Positions 17,309-25,878 of a DNA stretch of 28,200 nt are shown piece after piece. Both the position numbers and the translations under genes were made by a program. The DNA is from Thermoplasmatota archaeon. GTDB taxonomy: Archaea; Thermoplasmatota; Thermoplasmata; RBG-16-68-12. How positions within the stretch are numbered: the first letter of the stretch is position 1; every line of letters starts with the position of its first letter. The DNA lies in assembly GCA_038046665.1 (NCBI GenBank), contig JBBSVS010000089.1, forward strand, positions 1 through 28,200. The letters are read 5' to 3'. Below the pieces are notes generated by a model that was given only the letters and a program-made list of their open reading frames with translations, was not told the origin of the DNA and searched no databases.

Positions 17309-17875
17309 TCACGCCTTCCGCGCGGTCCACCAGGCGGTAACGATTCCCAGGCCGCCGATTAAGTAGCCGACGAGGGCGACGCCCATCAAAGCCGCAATCG
17401 GGACGACGAGGGGCCCCAGGACGTTCGTATGAATCCAGAGACCGGTCTGGCCGCCGCCCCCGTACTTCGGGTCCAACGCCGCGATGCCTGCTTGGTAGCC
17501 GCCGTAGGTCATCAGGAGGGACGCCGCGGCGGCTCCGATGCCGCCTAGGAGCAGGTGGATCCACGCGGCCGCGTTTCGCCATCCGCTCAGGGGCGCCCCT
17601 AGGCTCGCCTCGAGATGTTGGAAAAACAGGGCGCTCAACCCGAGGCCCGCGATTCCGACGATGAGGTACGACAGGATGCCCATGACGAACCACATCCCTG
17701 CACCGCCGCCGGCGACGATGCGCGAAGACGCCGGGCCGAGGGCGTAGTTCGGCGGCTCAAGACCCGCGAGGACGTTCCCCAGGACGAGGAGCGTGATGAT
17801 CAACCACGCGATGCCGCCGAGGATGAACGTCACCCCCATGAACCGAACGACCCATGTACTTCGCTTCTCCTCCAT
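17309..17875 (-). CDS. Uncharacterised four-TM membrane protein
   Basis: 188-aa ORF with four hydrophobic helices, host-like codon use and a TATA-like CATTATA upstream. Confidence 0.72.
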   Translation of the reverse strand: MEEKRSTWVVRFMGVTFILGGIAWLIITLLVLGNVLAGLEPPNYALGPASSRIVAGGGAGMWFVMGILSYLIVGIAGLGLSALFFQHLEASLGAPLSGWRNAAAWIHLLLGGIGAAAASLLMTYGGYQAGIAALDPKYGGGGQTGLWIHTNVLGPLVVPIAALMGVALVGYLIGGLGIVTAWWTARKA

Positions 17876-17950
17876 GGTCGCACGTACGGGAAAAGGCGCC
17901 TATAATGGTTGCGTCGTCTCGGCCGGATACCCGCGTGGGCCTTCGACCGC

Positions 17951-17980
17951 GAAAAGGAAGGAAAGGGGCCCGCGGGCCCC
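17951..17980 (-). terminator. Hairpin plus pyrimidine tract after gdhA
   Basis: Minus strand GGGGCC-CGCG-GGCCCC followed by TTTCCTTCCTTTTC, starting 12 nt after the gdhA stop. Confidence 0.6.
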
Positions 17981-17992
17981 GGGCTCAAGGTC

Positions 17993-19255
17993 CTACGGGT
18001 AGATGCCGCGCCACTTGTACGCTTCCGCGACGCGGTTGATCGCGACCATGTAGGCCGCCTGGCGCATGTCGATCTTCTTCTCCTCGTGCATCTTCCAGAC
18101 CGCGTCGAAGGCCCGGACCATGACGCCCTCGAGCTTGGCGTCGACATCGGACTTCGTCCAGAAGAAGTTCGCAAGGTCCTGGACCCACTCGAAGTACGAC
18201 ACGGTCACGCCGCCGCCGTTGGCGAGGATGTCCGGGATCACGAAGACGCCCTTCTTGTAGAGGATGTCGTCCGCCTCGGGGGTCGTCGGGCCGTTCGCGC
18301 CCTCCGCGCTGACCTTGGCCTTGATGCGGGGCGCGTTCTCCGACGTGATGGCGCCCTCGAGGGCACAGGGCCCGAGGATGTCGACCTGGAGTTCGAGGAG
18401 CTCCTCGTTGGTGATCTTCTTGGTGCCGGGGAAGCCGACGACGGACCCGGTCTTCTCCTTGTAGGCGAGGACCTCCTTGGGGTCGAAGCCCTTCTCGCTG
18501 TAGATACCGCCCTTGCTGTCCGAGACGGCGACGATCTTGGCGCCGAGCTCGTCCTGCATCAGGCGGGCGTAGTGGTGCCCTACGTTCCCGAAGCCCTGGA
18601 CGGCCACGGTCGCACCCTTCACGTTGAGCCTGATCCGCTTGCAGGCCTCGCGGGTCGCGTACATGAGCCCGCGGGAGGTTGCCTCGTCGCGGCCGAGGGA
18701 ACCGCCGATCGGGACCGGCTTGCCCGTGACGACGCCAGGGACGGCGAAGCCTTTGTGCATGGAGATCGTGTCCATGATCCAGGCCATCGTCTGGCTGTCC
18801 GTGTAGACGTCCGGTGCGGGGATGTCCTTCTCGGGCCCGATGATAATCGAGATCTCGGAGGCGTACCGGCGGGTCATGCGCTCGAGCTCGCCCTTCGACA
18901 TCTCCTTGGGGTTGCAGATGACGCCGCCCTTGGCCCCGCCGTAAGGGATGTCCATAACGGCGCACTTCCAGGTCATCCAGCAGGCGAGGGCCCGGACCTC
19001 GTCGATGGATACGTTCCAGTGGTAGCGGATGCCGCCTTTGAAGGGGCCTCGGGCATCGTTGTACTGCACGCGGTATCCGGTGAACACCTTGACGCTCCCG
19101 TCATCCATCTTGACGGGGAAGTTCACCGTGAGTTCGCGCTTCGGGTGCTTGAGGAGCCCCAGGAGCCCTGGGTCCAGATTCAGCTTCTTCCCGGCCCGGT
19201 CGATCTGCTCTCGGGCCACCACAAAAGGGTTCAAAGATTCCTTCGGTTTCGGCAT
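17993..19255 (-). CDS. gdhA: Glutamate dehydrogenase (Glu/Leu/Phe/Val family)
   Basis: RGPFKGGIRY, MTWKCAV...YGGAKGG, DIPAPDV, VTGKP...GGSLGR, VQGFGNVG, AEGANGP, PDILANGGGVTVSYFEWVQ. The ATG at 19255 follows GGAGGTG; TATA TTTAAA at ~19317-19322. Confidence 0.95.
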   Translation of the reverse strand: MPKPKESLNPFVVAREQIDRAGKKLNLDPGLLGLLKHPKRELTVNFPVKMDDGSVKVFTGYRVQYNDARGPFKGGIRYHWNVSIDEVRALACWMTWKCAVMDIPYGGAKGGVICNPKEMSKGELERMTRRYASEISIIIGPEKDIPAPDVYTDSQTMAWIMDTISMHKGFAVPGVVTGKPVPIGGSLGRDEATSRGLMYATREACKRIRLNVKGATVAVQGFGNVGHHYARLMQDELGAKIVAVSDSKGGIYSEKGFDPKEVLAYKEKTGSVVGFPGTKKITNEELLELQVDILGPCALEGAITSENAPRIKAKVSAEGANGPTTPEADDILYKKGVFVIPDILANGGGVTVSYFEWVQDLANFFWTKSDVDAKLEGVMVRAFDAVWKMHEEKKIDMRQAAYMVAINRVAEAYKWRGIYP

Positions 19256-19362
19256 AGACACACCTCCGAGTATCGAACCTCGATATCGGGAGCGGGCGCG
19301 AGTAGGTGCCTTCGCTTTTAAACCCTTTGTGCAAGTGTGTAATGTCAGGGGGTCCGACACCT

Positions 19363-20367
19363 TCATATTCCGGGGCCGTCGCGTGGCGGGCCTTGGTATT
19401 CTGTCGCATCCACCACGTGCCTCGGGGTCACGCCCTGGAGGAACCGCATCACGTTGTCCAGGGCCGCCTCCATGGAATGCGCCTTCTGCTCCGGGATCGC
19501 GAAGGCGATGTGCGGCGTCATGACCACGTTGGGCAGCTCGTGGAAGGGCCTGTGAAACGGCCGCCCGATCCTGCCCCGCGGATAGGACCACCATACGTCC
19601 AGGGCCGCGCGGAAGTTCGGGTGGGCCTTGAGGTGGTCATATAGGTCGTCCTCGACGACGATTCTCCCGCGGGCGATGTTCACCAGGACCGCATCTTCCT
19701 TCATCGCGCCGAGGATCGTGCGGTCGACGAGACCCTCCGTCTCCGCCGTCAGGGGCAGGGCGATCACGAGGGCGTCGGCGCGCGGCGCGACCCGCAGGAG
19801 ATCGTCCAAGGTGGCCCCCTCGTCCGCGGGCGGGACGACCATGCCGGACCGGGTGAGGCCGATGACCTTCGCGCGGAAGGCCTTGCAGAGGCGCGCGACC
19901 TCGGAGCCGACTCCGCCCATGCCCGCCACGACGACGGTCGAGCCGGCGAGGGCCTTGTTCATGACCTCCTGGTCGAAGGTCCCGCGCCGGATCTCGTCCG
20001 TCCGGCGGGGCACGTCCTTCGTGCCCGCGAGGAGGAGGGCCATCGCGTGCTCCGCGACGCTCGTGTTGTAGGCCCCCGCGTTACCGCACACGAGGACGGA
20101 GGGCGGGATGCGGTCGTAGGGAAGATGGTCCACACCGGCCACGAGGGCCTGGATCATCTTGAGCCTCGGCGCCTTCGCGGCCACATCCTCCGGGATCTCC
20201 GCGCCGAACCCCGAACACACGAGGACATCGGCCTGGGACCAGGCCTCGTCCCGGTGGTCCTCGGGCCGATCCTCCAGGATCACCGCGTCGAACGCACCCT
20301 TCGCCCGGGACACGAGCACGGCGCGGCGCTCCACGTCCATGGGGCAGCTGAACAGGACCGTGGCCAT
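19363..20367 (-). CDS. D-isomer-specific 2-hydroxyacid dehydrogenase
   Basis: AGVDH, NAGAY...VAEHA, GMGGVG Rossmann motif, LPLTAET, LVNIARG, ALDVW, MTPHIA (catalytic Arg/His). Confidence 0.9.
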   Translation of the reverse strand: MATVLFSCPMDVERRAVLVSRAKGAFDAVILEDRPEDHRDEAWSQADVLVCSGFGAEIPEDVAAKAPRLKMIQALVAGVDHLPYDRIPPSVLVCGNAGAYNTSVAEHAMALLLAGTKDVPRRTDEIRRGTFDQEVMNKALAGSTVVVAGMGGVGSEVARLCKAFRAKVIGLTRSGMVVPPADEGATLDDLLRVAPRADALVIALPLTAETEGLVDRTILGAMKEDAVLVNIARGRIVVEDDLYDHLKAHPNFRAALDVWWSYPRGRIGRPFHRPFHELPNVVMTPHIAFAIPEQKAHSMEAALDNVMRFLQGVTPRHVVDATEYQGPPRDGPGI

Positions 20368-20395
20368 GGCCGTCCCCCTAGGCGGCGGAGGGCTT

Positions 20396-20409
20396 GGGTC
20401 TTTCGACCC
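20396..20409 (-). terminator. GAAA-tetraloop hairpin after nrdJ
   Basis: Minus strand GGGTC-GAAA-GACCC, 15 nt after the RNR stop. Confidence 0.35.
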
Positions 20410-20424
20410 CCTCGGGCGGGAGGC

Positions 20425-23400
20425 TCAGCACTCGGAGTACCCGCAGGAGTGGCACTTCACGCAGCCCTCTTCGTAAATCAGGTGCTTGCCGCACTCGGGG
20501 CACTCGGGGTTAAGGCCCTTCTTGAGCATCTCTTCCGCGGACCGGGACTCCTTCTCCAGCTCCACGTCCGTCTCCACGGCACCGCCGAGCTCGTCGAAGG
20601 TCTCCACGGGCGGGACGACGCCGGACTTCTGCATCCCGATGTGCCGCTTGACCGCCTTCGCGACCGCGTCGGGGATCGAGTAGACGCGCTCGCCATGGTC
20701 CACGGCGATGCGCGGGCTGCGGATCCCCTCGAGCTGGTCGATGATCTCGTCCACGGGCACGCCGGACCGGAGGCACAGGGAGACGAGGCGGGCGATGCCC
20801 TCCGTGAAGGACGCGGTGTACCCGCCGCCGCGGCCGATCTGGGCGAAGACCTCGAACAGGCCCCTGTCGTCCTCGTTGATCGTCACGTAGAGCGCGCCGT
20901 AGCCCGTGAGAATCTTCTGCGTGCGGCCCGTAATCACGTCCGGGCGGGCCCGGGGGCGCACGGCGACCGGTTCCAGGGGAACCTGGACGGTGACCTGCTT
21001 GGGCTTCTCCTGATCCGACACGCCGATGTTCATGACCTGGTCCTCGCGGGAGCCGTCGCGGTACACGGTGATGCCCTTGCAGTGCAGCTCGTGGGCGAGG
21101 AAGTACGCCTTCTTCACATCCTCCACGGTGGCCTCGCGCGGCAGGTTGATCGTCTTCGAGACGGCGCTGTCCGTGTGGTCCTGGAAGGCGGCCTGCATGC
21201 GCACGTGCCACTCCGAGCCGATGTCGTGGGCCGTGGCGAAGACCTTCTGCCACTTCTCCGGGACCTCCGGCAGGCCGCGCGGGGACCCGTGGTTCTCGAG
21301 GATCCTCTGGACGAGGTCCTCCCGCCAGAAGCCCTCCCGCCGGGCGACCTCCTCGAAGAACTCGAGGAAGTAGGGGAGCTCCTCGCCGTCCATGACGCGC
21401 TTGTACCAGATCAGGCTGAACTCGGGCTCGCAGCCGCCGGACGTGTCCGCGATCATCGACAGCGTACCCGTCGGCGCGACCGTGGTCACGTAGGAGTTGC
21501 GCATCTTGAGCCCCGCCTCCCAGTGCCGGCTGCCCTCCCATGCGGGGTACACGCCCCGTGTGACCGCGAGCTTCTGGCTCTCGTCGTAGCCGATGTCGTG
21601 GATGAACTTCATCACCTTGCGGCCCGCCTCCACGCCCTCCGGGCTGTCGTAGGGGACCTCGAGCATGAAGAGCATGCGGGCGAAGCCCATGACGCCGAGG
21701 CCGATCTTCCGCGTGGCCTTTGTCATCTCCTCGATCTCCTTGACCGGGTAGGCATTCATGTCGATGACGTTGTCCAGTATGTGGACGCAGCTGCGGATCG
21801 AGGACTCGAGCTTATTCCAGTCCACGTCGTACTTGCCCGCCTTGGTACGGACCATGTGCCGCTCGAGGTTGATCGAGCCGAGGTTGCAGGACTCGTAGGG
21901 CAAAAGCGGCTGTTCGCCACAATTGTGCATTACTAGACAATTACCGACATAGGAGTGGGTTACGGGCTCTTCGAGATCGTACACGTCCTCCATGGCCGCG
22001 GGTTCAATCGCGGCGACCGAATCCTCGAATGTCTCGCGGTAGTAGGAATGCCCGCGCAGCTTTTCCTGCATTTCGGGCGCGACGACGTCCCCGAGGAATT
22101 CGAGCAAGCGGAGCACGTTGTCCCGGGACACATTCAACTCGAACAGTTCTCGCTGCGACCGATACTCACGAGGCTCTCCCTTGACGGTAACGTAGTAGAA
22201 CACCCGCGGAGATGCCTTCGTACGAAGGTAAATGGTGGATCGCACTCCAAGGGCTCCCAGGAGCTTCTGCACATCGTCGAGCAAGCCCCTCGAGGTCGAC
22301 GTCAGCCGCACATAAGCATTCGATCCGCGGACGAAGTTCTCCGTACCGTCGGAGCCGAAGAGCCCCTGGAGGAATCCAACCACCGCGGGAAGCGGCGCGC
22401 GGAGAACGGACTGGGGCACGCGCTTGTCGTGGCCTTGCCAAGCATCGACGCCCAAGCGCTGGAAGAACTCCACGACGTACTTAGAGTGGAACGACAGGTG
22501 GTAGACCCCGTTCTCCCGACGCACCGGGCGAATCCGTCGGCCCACGATGGCGGCCATGAAGCGCTCGACCCTCTCCATCGCAGCCCTTTCGGAAGGCGCG
22601 AAGGTGAAACCGACGCGGCAGTTTCGGTCCCCGGCGCGAAGCCACCCATCGCCAAGGAGCCAACCGAGGGCGAAACCGAGGTCCTCGGACCAACGGATTG
22701 GGAAACCGAACTGATACAAACGCCCGTTGGCGCCGCGGACCGCGTCCTTCATGCGAAACGGAAGCATGTCATTCGCGGAGAAATCGCAGGCTCCGGACTG
22801 AATCAACACTCGATCGCCGACCTCCAAGGAGTCCAGTCGGCGCCACCCCTCCGGAGTCAGGAAGCGGTGGTCCGCGGTCGCCCGCACGGAGTAACCTGAG
22901 TGGGTGACGAGTCGGCACACGGGCTTGACCCCAGTCTTCCACGCCCGCACGGCCTTCGTCTGGAGAACACCGAGGGTTAGCAAGCTTCGGCCATTTCCCA
23001 CCGACCGCACGTCAGAAACGAGATCGGCCGGGCCTCGATTCGCGAGTTCCCGAATCGGGACGAGCCCTTCGGCCGTCGCCACGAGCGTATCCCCGGTCAC
23101 GCATGGGTTCGTGGCCTCCATGAGTCCCACGTGGGGCGTCGGCTGCCGGCGGTTCGTCTCATCGATGAAGAAGAGGCCCGGCTCGCCGTTCTTCCACGCC
23201 TGGTAGGCGATCTTGTCGAAGACGTCGCGGGCGTCGAGCTGCTTGACGACCTGATGATTGCGGGGATTCACGAGGTCGTAGGAGGTCCCCGCCTTGACGG
23301 CCTCCATGAACTTGTCCGTCACCGCGACGGAGATGTTGAAGTTCGTGATCTCGGAGGTCCGGTCCTTGCAGGTGATGAACTCGAGGATGTCCGGGTGATC

Positions 23401-23973
23401 GATTCGCAGGATCCCCATGTTAGCACCCCGCCTCCTGCCGCCTTGTTTCACAGTCTGCGTGGACGCGTCGAAAATCTTCATGAAGGAGACGGGCCCGGAG
23501 GCCACGCCCATCGTCGACTTGACGAAGTCGCCCTTCGGGCGGAGGCGGGAGAAGCTAAAACCAGTTCCTCCGCCACTTTGATGGATCAGGGCCTGCTGCT
23601 TCAGCGCGTCGAAGATCCCGACGAGGCTATCGTCCACCGGGAGGACAAAACAAGCTGAGAGCTGCTGCAGGTCGAGGCCCGCGTTCATCAGCGTGGGACT
23701 GTTCGGCAGGAAATCCAGGTTGGACATGAGGCGGTAGAACCGCTTCGCGGCCTCCTCGACGCGGGCTTCGTCCCCGCCGTAGGAGCGCTCGGCCTGGGCC
23801 AGGTTCCAGGCCACGCGGGTGAAGAGCTCCTTGGGCGTCTCGATGACCTTGTTCTTGTCGTTCCGCTTGAGGTAGCGCTTCTCGAGCACGCGGAGGGCGT
23901 TCTCGGATAGCTGGGGATCGGGCTCACGCGCGAGAATGTCGATGCCCTTGGACTCGACGTTCATGTGTTCCAT
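20425..23973 (-). CDS. nrdJ: Class II adenosylcobalamin-dependent ribonucleotide reductase with intein, C-terminal TSCPD domain and zinc ribbon
   Basis: FLPNSPTL, SACFV, GGGTG, RRGANM, TNP|CGEQPL, CNLGS, GLGVMG, TVAPTGT, KTIN, KGITVYRDGSR; TSCPD region (RPDVITGRT...EVFAQIG) and CPEC...EEGC...CGYSEC. No N-terminal ATP cone seen. The ATG at 23973 follows GGAGAGG. Confidence 0.95.
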   Translation of the reverse strand: MEHMNVESKGIDILAREPDPQLSENALRVLEKRYLKRNDKNKVIETPKELFTRVAWNLAQAERSYGGDEARVEEAAKRFYRLMSNLDFLPNSPTLMNAGLDLQQLSACFVLPVDDSLVGIFDALKQQALIHQSGGGTGFSFSRLRPKGDFVKSTMGVASGPVSFMKIFDASTQTVKQGGRRRGANMGILRIDHPDILEFITCKDRTSEITNFNISVAVTDKFMEAVKAGTSYDLVNPRNHQVVKQLDARDVFDKIAYQAWKNGEPGLFFIDETNRRQPTPHVGLMEATNPCVTGDTLVATAEGLVPIRELANRGPADLVSDVRSVGNGRSLLTLGVLQTKAVRAWKTGVKPVCRLVTHSGYSVRATADHRFLTPEGWRRLDSLEVGDRVLIQSGACDFSANDMLPFRMKDAVRGANGRLYQFGFPIRWSEDLGFALGWLLGDGWLRAGDRNCRVGFTFAPSERAAMERVERFMAAIVGRRIRPVRRENGVYHLSFHSKYVVEFFQRLGVDAWQGHDKRVPQSVLRAPLPAVVGFLQGLFGSDGTENFVRGSNAYVRLTSTSRGLLDDVQKLLGALGVRSTIYLRTKASPRVFYYVTVKGEPREYRSQRELFELNVSRDNVLRLLEFLGDVVAPEMQEKLRGHSYYRETFEDSVAAIEPAAMEDVYDLEEPVTHSYVGNCLVMHNCGEQPLLPYESCNLGSINLERHMVRTKAGKYDVDWNKLESSIRSCVHILDNVIDMNAYPVKEIEEMTKATRKIGLGVMGFARMLFMLEVPYDSPEGVEAGRKVMKFIHDIGYDESQKLAVTRGVYPAWEGSRHWEAGLKMRNSYVTTVAPTGTLSMIADTSGGCEPEFSLIWYKRVMDGEELPYFLEFFEEVARREGFWREDLVQRILENHGSPRGLPEVPEKWQKVFATAHDIGSEWHVRMQAAFQDHTDSAVSKTINLPREATVEDVKKAYFLAHELHCKGITVYRDGSREDQVMNIGVSDQEKPKQVTVQVPLEPVAVRPRARPDVITGRTQKILTGYGALYVTINEDDRGLFEVFAQIGRGGGYTASFTEGIARLVSLCLRSGVPVDEIIDQLEGIRSPRIAVDHGERVYSIPDAVAKAVKRHIGMQKSGVVPPVETFDELGGAVETDVELEKESRSAEEMLKKGLNPECPECGKHLIYEEGCVKCHSCGYSEC
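21922..23103 (-). mobile_element. 394-aa intein with LAGLIDADG homing endonuclease, inserted at RNR TNP|CGE
   Basis: Begins CVTGDTLV and ends VYDLEEPVTHSYVGNCLVMHN, followed by Cys+1. Two LAGLIDADG-like blocks (ALGWLLGDGWL, FLQGLFGSDGT). More A/T-ending codons than the host exons. Confidence 0.95.
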
Positions 23974-24088
23974 GGAAAGACCCTCTCCACAGGGGCTTGG
24001 ATGCTGCACAACCAAGTCGTGGACGACCATCCCTGGGGGTGAGCGCGGCGAACGGAGGGCGGGGGTATAGTTCTTTTTGAATCACCTT

Positions 24089-24152
24089 TGTTACCGCGTG
24101 GGACGGCATTGGTTACCATATCTGTTACCACATCACGGGTCGGCTATAAAAT
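24089..24152 (-). promoter_or_regulatory. nrdJ upstream control region with three GTTACC repeats and a TATA-like box
   Basis: GTTACC at 24090, 24112 and 24124 (plus strand). Minus-strand TTTTATAG at ~24151-24144. Confidence 0.45.
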
Positions 24153-24213
24153 ACTCGGTCCCGGCTCAAATTCAGGACATCCGAAACGTTCGGTTCCCTC
24201 CATAGAAACGCGG

Positions 24214-25404
24214 TCAGAGGAAGGGTGGACGCACGATTCTCGCAGGATGAGGCGTGCCGCGGATGTCCACATCAAGGCGCGCATCCGGCGACGTGTGCGC
24301 GCGGTCCACCGAGGCGAGCGCGATCCCCACGCGGAGGGAGGGGGACATCGTCCCGCTCGTGACCGTGCCCACAACCGCGCCTTCCGTGAGGACGCGGCAA
24401 CCGTGACGGGGGATCCCTTTGTCCGCCATCCGCAGCCCGACGAGCCGCGGGTAGTCGTCGCGGCCTCGCTGCGCCTCGAGGGCCTCGTGTCCGAGGAACG
24501 GACGGCCCCACTTCACGACCCAGGCCGAGTTCACCTCGAGGGGGGTCTGCCGCCCGTCGAAGTCCTGGCCCGACAGGAGGTAGCCCTTCTCCAGGCGAAG
24601 CGTGTCCCGGGCCCCGAGGCCGATGGGACGGATTCCGAGGTCGGCCCCTTCCGCCAGCAAAGCCGCCCACACGCGACGTCCCGGTCCTTCGGGTGGAAAG
24701 AGCTCGAAGCCTTGTTCGCCGGTGTAACCCGTCCGGGTGATAAAGAAACCCGGTCCATCGGAAACGGCGGTCCCGGGTACCTCCGCTGCGGCCGCCATCA
24801 AGGAATCCTGGAGACTCGACCCCCACCCCTCCACTTCCACTGGAACGCCCGTCCCGGGGGCACCCCTCGGCGGCGAGTAGAAATCGACGCGGGCACCCCA
24901 GAACGGCTTGAGGACTGCGAGGTCCAAGGGGGTGAAGCGTTGGAGAAGCTCGGGGGCCCGCGGACCCTGCAGGGCCAGACAGAGGTGGGTCCGTGTCAGG
25001 TCCTGGATCCGAACGCCGGCCGGCCGGTGGGCCTCGAGCCAGGCGAGGACCGCGGGCCGGGGACCTGCGTTGCAGACCACGAAGTACCGCGAAGGCGAGA
25101 GGCACGTGACGATCACGTCGTCGATGATCGTCGCATCCTCGCGCAGGAGCTGCGTGTACCGTGCCCTTCCCGGTTGCGTCGAGACGTCGTTCACGCTCAG
25201 CCGATCGAGGAAGTCGTGGGACGACGGACCGTCGACGAGGAGCTTGCCCATGTGGCTCACGTCGAACAGGCCGACGGCCTTGCGCACGGTGAGGTGCTCC
25301 TCGACGATTCCGGAGTACTGCAGGGGCATCTCCCACCCGCCGAACTCGATGAGCCGCGCGCCGGCGGCCACGTGCCAGTCGTAGAGGGGCGTGTGAAGGG
25401 CCAT
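24214..25404 (-). CDS. gcvT: Glycine cleavage system aminomethyltransferase T with a 44-aa internal insertion
   Basis: HTPLYDWH...FGGWEMPLQY...EEH, GLFDVSHMG, GRARYT, IIDD, ALQGP, TRTGYTGEQGFE, GLGARDTLRLEKG, VTSGTMSP. ATG at 25404. Confidence 0.93.
   Translation of the reverse strand: MALHTPLYDWHVAAGARLIEFGGWEMPLQYSGIVEEHLTVRKAVGLFDVSHMGKLLVDGPSSHDFLDRLSVNDVSTQPGRARYTQLLREDATIIDDVIVTCLSPSRYFVVCNAGPRPAVLAWLEAHRPAGVRIQDLTRTHLCLALQGPRAPELLQRFTPLDLAVLKPFWGARVDFYSPPRGAPGTGVPVEVEGWGSSLQDSLMAAAAEVPGTAVSDGPGFFITRTGYTGEQGFELFPPEGPGRRVWAALLAEGADLGIRPIGLGARDTLRLEKGYLLSGQDFDGRQTPLEVNSAWVVKWGRPFLGHEALEAQRGRDDYPRLVGLRMADKGIPRHGCRVLTEGAVVGTVTSGTMSPSLRVGIALASVDRAHTSPDARLDVDIRGTPHPARIVRPPFL
24818..24845. 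repeat. 28-bp perfect inverted repeat, copy A (inside the gcvT insertion)
   Basis: Plus strand GACCCCCACCCCTCCACTTCCACTGGAA is the exact reverse complement of 27161-27188. Confidence 0.9.
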
Positions 25405-25489
25405 GGGCAGCGGGAACAAGGAGCGGAGGGCATTGAATCCTTGCTCGCCGGGCAAAGCTTATGACGCACGCGAGGATAGCCGGCCGAGC

Positions 25490-25867
25490 ATGGGCCTCTT
25501 CCGCGATTTGCGCTATGAGCTCAGCACACTCGTCTTCGGCCTGGGCATCCTGAGCATGGTCCTCGCCATCACCAACTACCTTCTCCCTTCCCAGACCCCG
25601 GAGTGGCTCATGTCCGTGAACCGCGCGATCGGGAACTGGATGATATGGGTGACCTTCCTCGGGTTCCTCGCCCTGATCGGCGGTGGGTACTACTTCATCG
25701 ACACGATCCGCAAGGAACGGGAGTTCGACCGCCTCGTGTCCACGAACTCCAAGGAGGTCTTCGTGAAGAACCAGAGGCGGATCGAGGAGCTCGCCTACTA
25801 CCACCTGCCCTCCGCCTACGAGAAGCGGTACCACACGAAGAAGAAGGAATTCCACATCAAGGGCTGA
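25490..25867 (+). CDS. Small archaeal two-TM membrane protein (DUF3198-like)
   Basis: Two TM helices then ...EFDRLVSTNSKEVFVKNQRRIEELAYY..., which I recall as the pattern of the Thermoplasmata DUF3198 proteins (not verified by search). ATG at 25490. Confidence 0.7.
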   Translation: MGLFRDLRYELSTLVFGLGILSMVLAITNYLLPSQTPEWLMSVNRAIGNWMIWVTFLGFLALIGGGYYFIDTIRKEREFDRLVSTNSKEVFVKNQRRIEELAYYHLPSAYEKRYHTKKKEFHIKG

Positions 25868-25878
25868 GGCCCGCCCCC

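Noticed and set aside
19256-19594. 113-aa N-terminal extension of GDH in the ORF track
   Set aside because: Runs through the promoter and the neighbouring gene; the SD-supported ATG is 19255.
20047-21936. 629-aa plus-strand ORF
   Set aside because: Antisense shadow of nrdJ and the hydroxyacid dehydrogenase.
23974-24213. Cobalamin riboswitch or NrdR boxes upstream of nrdJ
   Set aside because: No B12-box or conserved riboswitch core recognised; ACCATATCTGT only partly fits an NrdR box and has no properly spaced partner.
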